In this document: positions 38,486 to 44,701 of the stretch, in pieces
Numbering within the stretch: the stretch's first letter is position 1
Layout of the letters: every line of letters starts with the position of its first letter
From: Akkermansia muciniphila
GTDB lineage: Bacteria; Verrucomicrobiota; Verrucomicrobiia; Limisphaerales; SXTU01
Assembly (NCBI GenBank): GCA_945874145.1
Contig: CAMCFN010000004.1
Span: 5,407-69,406, forward strand
Direction: 5' to 3'
DNA length: 64,000 bases
Notes under the pieces: generated by a model
What the model was told of the DNA's origin: nothing
The model's database searches: none
Seen by the model: only the letters and a program-made list of their open reading frames with translations
Translations under genes and position numbers: made by a program

Positions 38486-39036
38486 CCGACGCCTCTCCCC
38501 CATCGCTGCCGAAGCCTCCGCGAAAGCGGTTCCTGTCGGTTGCCGTTGCGGTTGTCGTGGCTGCGCTGGTGGGAGCCGCATTCGCATATCACTCACTCGG
38601 TTTGCGCGACCCCAACTACAACAAGTGGCGGCGGGAGTGGAAGGACGCCGCCCTTGCAGCGCTTGCCAAACAGGCTTCGGACGCCGCCTGGGTGGCGAAA
38701 GAAACTAGGGCGGTGAAAGCAAAGCTCGGAGCGCAGGGAGAAGATGATGGCGGTTGGTTCTCCAGCAACCTTCTCTTGATGAAGAATGGTGACTGGATTG
38801 CCTACGCCAGCCGGTGCAGCAAAGAGGATTGGCGCATCAGGGACATCTTCATTGGCCGTGCCACGGACGGAAAATGGTATTACTCCACCTTCCACTTTTG
38901 TTGTGGCATGTTGACGCTGCGAGTGGAAGACCGCCCGGAGAGCTTGGACAAATTTATCACCGCCTACTCGCTCCGCGAGTTTGATGGCCGCTCCGACGAG
39001 TGCCTGAAGAAAACTTGGCCGAATCCGACGCAATGA
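38482..39036 (+). CDS. hypothetical membrane-anchored protein (184 aa)
   Basis: GTG in a GTGA overlap with the DUF1501 stop. One TM, FLSVAVAVVVAALVGAAFAY. GC lower than its neighbours. No family recognised. Confidence 0.5.
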   Translation: MTDASPPSLPKPPRKRFLSVAVAVVVAALVGAAFAYHSLGLRDPNYNKWRREWKDAALAALAKQASDAAWVAKETRAVKAKLGAQGEDDGGWFSSNLLLMKNGDWIAYASRCSKEDWRIRDIFIGRATDGKWYYSTFHFCCGMLTLRVEDRPESLDKFITAYSLREFDGRSDECLKKTWPNPTQ

Positions 39037-40646
39037 AACCAACGCGCACACCAAAGTCCAACCGAGACCCCCGACAATTGGCTGCTTCCTCCCTCACCCT
39101 GGCCCTCTCCCGCTGGGAGAGGGAGAACGGCAGCCAGCGCGTCCGGCAATCGCGCGCGTTCGACTTCAGCCCGTTGCGGACTGCGTTTTCCCCTCTCCCA
39201 GCGGGAGAGGGCTGGGGTGAGGGAGAACAGCTCGAAGTCAGACAGTCGTCTCCCATAGCCGAAGGCCCCAACCATTCCACCCGCCGCCAGTTCGTCCAGG
39301 CGACGGCCACCGCCACAGCCTTCGCCTCCCTTGCCACTCCCGTCCTCGCGCAGCCCGCCGGCAAATCGCTCGGCTCCAAAACGCTCAAGACCGACGTGCT
39401 GGTCTGCGGTGGCGGCTGCGCGGGCATTGCCGCCGCGCTCGCGGCCGCGCGACGCAGCGCGAAGGTGATGCTCGTGGAGAAGGCGCCGTTCGCCGGCGGC
39501 ATCATTACGTGCGTCGGGCTGCCTTACTTCGATGGCATCGCGAACATCAAGGACAACCGCATCGTCGTGCGCGGCATCGCGCTGGAGCTGTTGTCCAAGT
39601 CCGGCGTGTGCAAGCCCGACGCCACGCACACGGCGAAGCACAACCCGACCATCGGCAATTCCTTCGAGTTCAAGCTGCTGCTCGACCGCCTCATCCGCGA
39701 GCAGCGCGACCGGATCACCGTGCTGTTCAACTCCTTCGTCTGCGGCGTGCAGAGCAACGGCGGACGCATCCGCTCCGTGCAAATCGCCAACAAGGACGGC
39801 CTCGTGAACGTCGAGGCGAACACGGTGATTGATTGCACCGGCGATGCCGATGTCGCCGCGTGGGCGGGCGCGCCCTTCGAGCAGAACGCCGAGGTGCAAC
39901 CGCTCACGCTGCACTTCCGCATCGGGAACGTGAAGCGCGTCGGCAACCTCAGCCAGAACTGCCGCGCCGCGCTCGCGAAGGCGCAGGCCGCCGGCGAGTT
40001 GCCCTTCTATTACGGTCCCGGCGTGATGTTCCTCTACCACGAGAGCGAGGTTTACATCCACGGCATCCGCGTGCCCGCGAACCCGACCGATGCCGCCGAC
40101 CTCTCGCGCGCCGAGATGCAGGGCCGCGCGGATGCGTGGGCGATGTTCCAAGCGTGGCGGCGCGAGGTTCCGGGCTTCGAGCAGAGCTACTTCATCGAGG
40201 CGTATCCGTGGATTGGCGTGCGCGAGTCGCGTCGGCTCATCGGCCAATACGTGCTGAACGAGGACGACCTGATGAAGGCCCGCCGCTTCGACGACGCCAT
40301 CGCCACCGGCTGCTGGTATCTCGACCTGCACCCGAACAAGACCGTCATCGGCAGCGCGAACGACTTCGACCCCAAGAAGGTTCAGCCCGAACCCTACGAC
40401 ATCCCGTATCGCTCGTTGCTGCCGCAGCAGATTGAAAACCTGCTCGTCGCCGGCCGCTGCCACTCCGCCACGCGCGGCGCGCACGCCTCGACCCGCGTGA
40501 CCGTCACCGCGATGGCGATGGGCGAAGCCGCCGGAACAGCGGCGGCGATGGCCGTCACCGCGAAGAAGTCGGCTCAGGAAATCGGGGGTGTGAAGGTCCG
40601 CGATGCGCTGAAAGCCAGCGGCGCAGGGCCGTTCACAGACGCATGA
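39033..40646 (+). CDS. FAD-dependent oxidoreductase (PF12831-like) with a distal Tat motif; start uncertain
   Basis: Dinucleotide-binding motif DVLVCGGGCAGIAAALAAARR, with Tat-like STRRQFVQATATATAFASL upstream of it. The only in-frame ATG/GTG upstream of the RR motif are 39033 (ATGA overlap with the previous gene) and 39000. The intervening codons contain a repeat pair. Confidence 0.8.
   Translation: MKPTRTPKSNRDPRQLAASSLTLALSRWERENGSQRVRQSRAFDFSPLRTAFSPLPAGEGWGEGEQLEVRQSSPIAEGPNHSTRRQFVQATATATAFASLATPVLAQPAGKSLGSKTLKTDVLVCGGGCAGIAAALAAARRSAKVMLVEKAPFAGGIITCVGLPYFDGIANIKDNRIVVRGIALELLSKSGVCKPDATHTAKHNPTIGNSFEFKLLLDRLIREQRDRITVLFNSFVCGVQSNGGRIRSVQIANKDGLVNVEANTVIDCTGDADVAAWAGAPFEQNAEVQPLTLHFRIGNVKRVGNLSQNCRAALAKAQAAGELPFYYGPGVMFLYHESEVYIHGIRVPANPTDAADLSRAEMQGRADAWAMFQAWRREVPGFEQSYFIEAYPWIGVRESRRLIGQYVLNEDDLMKARRFDDAIATGCWYLDLHPNKTVIGSANDFDPKKVQPEPYDIPYRSLLPQQIENLLVAGRCHSATRGAHASTRVTVTAMAMGEAAGTAAAMAVTAKKSAQEIGGVKVRDALKASGAGPFTDA
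39089..39225. repeat. inverted pair of 35-nt REP-like hairpin repeats (34/36 identical) separated by 67 nt, embedded in the 5' coding region
   Basis: Copy 1 at 39089-39123: CTCCCTCACCCTGGCCCTCTCCCGCTGGGAGAGGG. Copy 2 at 39191-39225 is its reverse complement. Each contains a perfect 9-bp stem CCCTCTCCC/GGGAGAGGG. Confidence 0.75.
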
Positions 40647-40653
40647 AGTCGGC

Positions 40654-41655
40654 CTAGGCCGTCGCTTCCCACACCGTCAGCTTATTGTGTCCCGCCGTGT
40701 AGAAGCACGTGCCCGTCTCATCGAGCGTGAACTTGTGGAAGTGGTTTGAGGCCATCTCCTCGCGCAGGATTTTGCCGGACACCACGTCGAAGAACATCAC
40801 CAGCCCCTTGGAGTCGCCGCCCGCGCCCACGAGCCACTCGCCCTGCGGATGAAACGCCAGGTGCGTGATGAGGCCCTTGGCCTTGTCGCCCGAGAACTTC
40901 GCCACGCGCTCCTGCTTCCGCCAGTTAAAGACCTCGACGTGCGCCTTGCCTTCGAGATGGTCAATGTTCCCAACCTTGCCCATGCCGCCGACCGCGAGCT
41001 GCGTGCCATCCGGCGAGAAGGCCAGCGAGCGGATGCCGCCGATGGAGTGGATGCGCGCGCGCGGATCCCAGGTGTAAACTTCCGGCACTTCGAGCGTCCC
41101 CAAAGGCTTGCCGGATGCCACGTCCCACACGACCACATGACCGATCTTGTCGCCGGTGGCCAGCAGCGTGCTATCAGCGGAGAAGGCGCAGGCGTAGAGC
41201 ATGGAGCTGAAGTGGCTCGGCGTCAGCGTCGCGTGGCCGCGCAGTTCGTGCTTTGGCTTGCCGGTCGCAGCATCCCAGACGCGGCAGACCATGTCATCGG
41301 CCGTGCTGGCGACGAGCTTGCCGTCACGCGTCGCGACCACGTTGCGAATCCAGCGGTCGTGAGCCTTGAAGCCGCGCACCTTCTGGCGCGACTCCGCATC
41401 CCACCAGATGAGTTGGCCGTCGTAGGCACCGGAGACGACCTGCTTGCCCGCGACCGCGATGCCGGTGACGTAGCCGGTGTGGCCTTCCATCGCGATGCCC
41501 TCGGGCTTCTCCTCGGCGAGGTCGAAGTGATGCACGCAGCCGTCCGAGCTGCCCGCAAAGAGGCGCTTCGTCTCCGGCACGCGTGCGATGCAGAGCAGGA
41601 TGTCCTTCCGCGAAATCTCCTTCGCGACTTTGAACTTGGCGGGGTCGGTGGGCAT
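40654..41655 (-). CDS. WD40 repeat (beta-propeller) protein, no signal peptide
   Basis: ATG 41655 (MPTDPAKFKVAKEI...). WD-like blocks LIWWD, RVWDA, VVWDV. Paralog of 4871..5887. The track ORF opens at 41697 inside a heptamer array. Confidence 0.85.
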   Translation of the reverse strand: MPTDPAKFKVAKEISRKDILLCIARVPETKRLFAGSSDGCVHHFDLAEEKPEGIAMEGHTGYVTGIAVAGKQVVSGAYDGQLIWWDAESRQKVRGFKAHDRWIRNVVATRDGKLVASTADDMVCRVWDAATGKPKHELRGHATLTPSHFSSMLYACAFSADSTLLATGDKIGHVVVWDVASGKPLGTLEVPEVYTWDPRARIHSIGGIRSLAFSPDGTQLAVGGMGKVGNIDHLEGKAHVEVFNWRKQERVAKFSGDKAKGLITHLAFHPQGEWLVGAGGDSKGLVMFFDVVSGKILREEMASNHFHKFTLDETGTCFYTAGHNKLTVWEATA

Positions 41656-41662
41656 GGCGTGG

Positions 41663-41697
41663 GAGTTGAGAGATGAAGGTTGAGAGTTGAGAGGCAC
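41663..41697. repeat. heptanucleotide array (GAGTTGA-like x4-5; TCAACTC on the coding strand) in the 45-nt DUF1501-WD40 spacer
   Basis: Read directly: gagttga gagatga aggttga gagttga gaggcac. Confidence 0.6.
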
Positions 41698-41700
41698 TCC

Positions 41701-43002
41701 TTATGCCAGCACCTGCGTTATGGGCTTGATGCCGGGGTTCACCAGCGGGATGGGGCGCGCGCCGACGTGGTATTCCTTCTTCGGGTTCACGCCGATGGCG
41801 GCGAGCACCGTCGCGAAGAGTTCGCCCGCGCCCACCTGGTCTTCCACCACCGTCTGGCCATCCTTGTCCGTCTTGCCGAAAACCGCGCCGCCCTTGAGGC
41901 CGCAGCCGAACATCGCCGCGCTCCACGCGTTCGCGAAGTGGTCGCGGCCGAGGCTGGCGTTGATGGCCGGCGTGCGGCCGAACTCACCCACCGCCAGCAC
42001 CAGCGTGCGCTCCAGCAGCCCGCGCTGCTTCAGGTCGTCGTGCAGGGCGGACATCACGCGGTCCAGCTCCGGCACCATCTCCTGGTGCGTCTCGAAGTTC
42101 TGCCCGTGGCTGTCCCACCACGCGCGGCTCACGCGCACGAAGGGCACGCCCGCCTCGACCATCCGCCGCGCCATCAGCGCCTGCTCGCCGAAGAGCGTCG
42201 GGCCATAGGGCTCGCGCGCCTTGGCTGGTTCCTGCGACAGGTCGAAGAGCGTCTCGCTGCTCATCAGGCCGTGGACGCGCGCGTAGGCGTTCGCGTGGCT
42301 CTTCACCGGCCCGGTGCCGTGCCCGGCGACGAACTGGCTGTTAATCAACTGCTGCAACTCCGCGCGCGCGTGGTGGTCCAGCTCGGTGATGGACTCCAGC
42401 CGCTTCAAGTTCGGCGGCGTCATGCTCTCGGCGAGCTTCATCGGGGCGTAACGCGCGCCGAGGAAGCTGGAGCCTTGCCGCGAGAAGTCGCGCCCCTCGG
42501 TGGCGGCGTAGAAGGAAACGTAGTCGGGCACCTTGCTGTCCGCGCGGCCCAGCTCGCGCGCGAGCACCGCGCCCATGTCGGGATAGCGCAGACTCGGCTC
42601 GTCCGCCCGGCCGCGCATCATGAGCTGCGCGGCCCCGCCGTGGTCGCCGTTCCGGGTGTTTAGCCCGCGGATGACGCAGATGTCCTTCATGCGCTTGGCC
42701 ATCTGCGGCATCAGCTCGCTGATGTGGACGCCCGGCACGGAGGTGGGGATGGCCGCGAACGGCCCGCCCGTGGGCCGGCCCGGCTTCGGGTCCCACGTCT
42801 CCAACTGGCTCGCACCGCCCGCCAGCCAGAGCAGGATGACGCTCTTGCCGCCGGCCTTGAGCGTGTCGTTCAGCGCCGGTGTGGCGAAGGAATGCACCGC
42901 GCCGATGCCGCTGGCGGCCAAGCCCGTGCCCGCGCCGAGCGTGCGGAGGAAGGCGCGGCGGCTGACGTCGTGGTCGGAGGAGCCGCAGAAGTGGGAGGTC
43001 AT
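41701..43002 (-). CDS. DUF1501 family protein with twin-arginine leader
   Basis: SRRAFLRTLGAGTGLAASG, GGASQLETWDPKPGRPTGGPFAAIPTSVPGVHISEL, GEFGRTPAINASLGRDHF. Closest in-window paralog of 2849..4138. Confidence 0.85.
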   Translation of the reverse strand: MTSHFCGSSDHDVSRRAFLRTLGAGTGLAASGIGAVHSFATPALNDTLKAGGKSVILLWLAGGASQLETWDPKPGRPTGGPFAAIPTSVPGVHISELMPQMAKRMKDICVIRGLNTRNGDHGGAAQLMMRGRADEPSLRYPDMGAVLARELGRADSKVPDYVSFYAATEGRDFSRQGSSFLGARYAPMKLAESMTPPNLKRLESITELDHHARAELQQLINSQFVAGHGTGPVKSHANAYARVHGLMSSETLFDLSQEPAKAREPYGPTLFGEQALMARRMVEAGVPFVRVSRAWWDSHGQNFETHQEMVPELDRVMSALHDDLKQRGLLERTLVLAVGEFGRTPAINASLGRDHFANAWSAAMFGCGLKGGAVFGKTDKDGQTVVEDQVGAGELFATVLAAIGVNPKKEYHVGARPIPLVNPGIKPITQVLA

Positions 43003-43047
43003 AGAATTAAGTTTGGCAGCACGGTGATAATCTTTCTAGGCAAGGCT

Positions 43048-43839
43048 CTAAGGAAGCTCAACGCGTTTGACTCCCGCAGGTGGAGTTTCAGTTACGTCCT
43101 CAACAACCACCTTCCCGTAACCAAGGCCATTCTTCCGGTCAGCTTCAACGCGGCAAAAGAGCGTCAGGCCCTTTTCAGCCTTCGTGCTCATGCAGTTGTA
43201 TTGAGCGTTGGCCGGCGTTTCCTTCAAGTCATCGAAGGCAACCCCATCGGGGACTTTGGCAAAACCAAAGCCCTTGCTGGAGCGATGGAAGTCTAGAAAC
43301 GGTGTGTCGCCGAACATGTCGCCCCCTGATGCCTTCTGCCAAATCTGCCAGTCATGCTGGAAGTAGGGCAAACTCCCCCAGTGGGCGACCGCTGCTCGCC
43401 CCTCCTTGATGCTTTTGCCGGAAAGCTCTCGACCGCCCGAAGTGTTGAAAACGTAGCGCAACACCACGTATCGCTTGCGGTAAAGGTTTACTTTCATCTC
43501 ACTCGGCTCTCCCTTCCCTTGCTTCACTGTCAGACTCTGCCACTGAGCCGCATAGCCCGGAGAAGAGAAGAAAACCAAGTAGTCTCCGTCAGCCAAATCA
43601 GACAATCCCAGCGCGTTTGAACCTGGCTGCGCATCATCCAGCTTTTTCAGAACTTTAGGCGTCAGCTCCCCGGTCTGAATTTCCACCTTAATCTTCGCTG
43701 ACCGCATGTCCTCCATGGACAGATTAAGACGTAAGGAGGATTTAGTCGCCTCTGCTCCATCCTTTTGAGCCTGCTGGCCGTGAGCCCCCTCGTGAGAAAC
43801 GGCTACCATCAGTAGGATTGTCAGCGTAAGCGTTCGCAT
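43048..43839 (-). CDS. hypothetical secreted protein (263 aa), low-GC
   Basis: Signal peptide MRTLTLTILLMVAVSHEGAHG. GC about 52% in sampled 60-nt windows versus about 70% in the flanking DUF1501 gene. A possible CarboxypepD_reg-like segment (GDYLVFFSSPGYAAQWQSLTV). No confident family. Confidence 0.6.
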   Translation of the reverse strand: MRTLTLTILLMVAVSHEGAHGQQAQKDGAEATKSSLRLNLSMEDMRSAKIKVEIQTGELTPKVLKKLDDAQPGSNALGLSDLADGDYLVFFSSPGYAAQWQSLTVKQGKGEPSEMKVNLYRKRYVVLRYVFNTSGGRELSGKSIKEGRAAVAHWGSLPYFQHDWQIWQKASGGDMFGDTPFLDFHRSSKGFGFAKVPDGVAFDDLKETPANAQYNCMSTKAEKGLTLFCRVEADRKNGLGYGKVVVEDVTETPPAGVKRVELP

Positions 43840-43857
43840 GGCTCTCAGTGTGGGAAG

Positions 43858-43929
43858 CTAGTGATTAAACCGAAACTCCGTGCTGGTCAGGAGCGGCAAC
43901 GCGACCTGGCGCACGGTGTCGGTCGGACG
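43858..43929 (-). pseudogene. orphan 3' fragment (23 codons + stop) of a DUF1553-type gene
   Basis: Encodes RPTDTVRQVALPLLTSTEFRFNH*, versus RPTEAVRQVVWSLLTSTEFRFNH* at the end of the intact gene (44702...). The first 38 nt are 37/38 identical to 44702-44739. Confidence 0.6.
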
Positions 43930-43979
43930 AACCAGTGCGGAGTGCGGATACACCCAGTTCTTCCCGGCTTGGCCAACCG

Positions 43980-44222
43980 TTATTCCAGTGCGTCGTAAGG
44001 CTCCGCCGGCACGTTCGGCACCTTGGCGAGCACCCGCTGGAAGTCCGCTCGTGAACCGAGCGCTGCCTCGCGGCGGAGATACTCGGACCCCGCCAGCATC
44101 GCCGCGAGCTTCTCGCCCGCAGCGGCGGCAACCAACTGCTCCACGGAGGTGCCGCCGGCGTCCGCGAACTCGCGAAGCTTGCCGTGGAGGGAATCCGGTA
44201 GCTGGATGGTCAATGTGCTCAT
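43980..44222 (-). CDS. ribbon-helix-helix type antitoxin (80 aa)
   Basis: MSTLTIQLPDSLHGKLREFADAGGTSVEQLVAAAAGEKL has RHH-like beta-alpha-alpha features. The ATG overlaps the PIN gene stop (ATGA). The track ORF extends artificially to 44441. Confidence 0.7.
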   Translation of the reverse strand: MSTLTIQLPDSLHGKLREFADAGGTSVEQLVAAAAGEKLAAMLAGSEYLRREAALGSRADFQRVLAKVPNVPAEPYDALE

Positions 44223-44641
44223 GGTCGTAGTCCAGTAAGCCGCAAAAATGCGGCGGGTGCAACTGCGCGAACGCCGAAGCTCGCGGCGCTTGGGAAGTGA
44301 CGAAGGTTGTGGGTGACGATGTGCGTGGCCCCCGCTGCCACGGCCAATTCCAGCAGCATATCGTCCTTCGGGTCCGGCAGAAAGGAAGGCCAGAGGAAGT
44401 GAATCTCCTGGGCGTGGGCAATCGAGGCGAGGTAGCGGCACAGACCCTGGATGTCTGCCTGTGTGAAGGCTGGAGGCACCAACCCTGGGCGCAGGAGCAC
44501 GTCTTGATACTCAAGATAAACCGGCACCGAAAGAGCCAGCTCCCAACCGGAAACTGGCAGTGCGGACACAAGCGCGTAGGACGCACCCTGCGGCGAGCGG
44601 AGCGCGGCAACGAGAACATTGGTGTCGAGAACGAATCGCAC
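44219..44641 (-). CDS. PIN-domain toxin (VapC-like, PIN_3 type)
   Basis: MRFVLDTNVLVAAL...DDMLLELAVAAGATHIVTHNLRHF carries the acidic PIN residues (D6, E, D, N-type C-terminal block). Confidence 0.85.
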   Translation of the reverse strand: MRFVLDTNVLVAALRSPQGASYALVSALPVSGWELALSVPVYLEYQDVLLRPGLVPPAFTQADIQGLCRYLASIAHAQEIHFLWPSFLPDPKDDMLLELAVAAGATHIVTHNLRHFPSAASFGVRAVAPAAFLRLTGLRP

Positions 44642-44701
44642 GCTACAGATTGGTGGCAGTTCGCCAGTCGCATATCAAGGCAGAGGTTCGATGCGTTCCA
44701 C

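Noticed and set aside
39000-39032. GTG 39000 as the start of the FAD oxidoreductase
   Set aside because: It lies inside the preceding ORF. ATG 39033 forms the ATGA coupling typical of this operon. Both remain possible because the true start is uncertain.
43858-44673. 271-aa minus-strand ORF
   Set aside because: It is a chimeric read-through running out of frame across the PIN and RHH genes. Only its last 23 codons (DUF1553 terminus fragment) are meaningful, and these are reported as a pseudogene.
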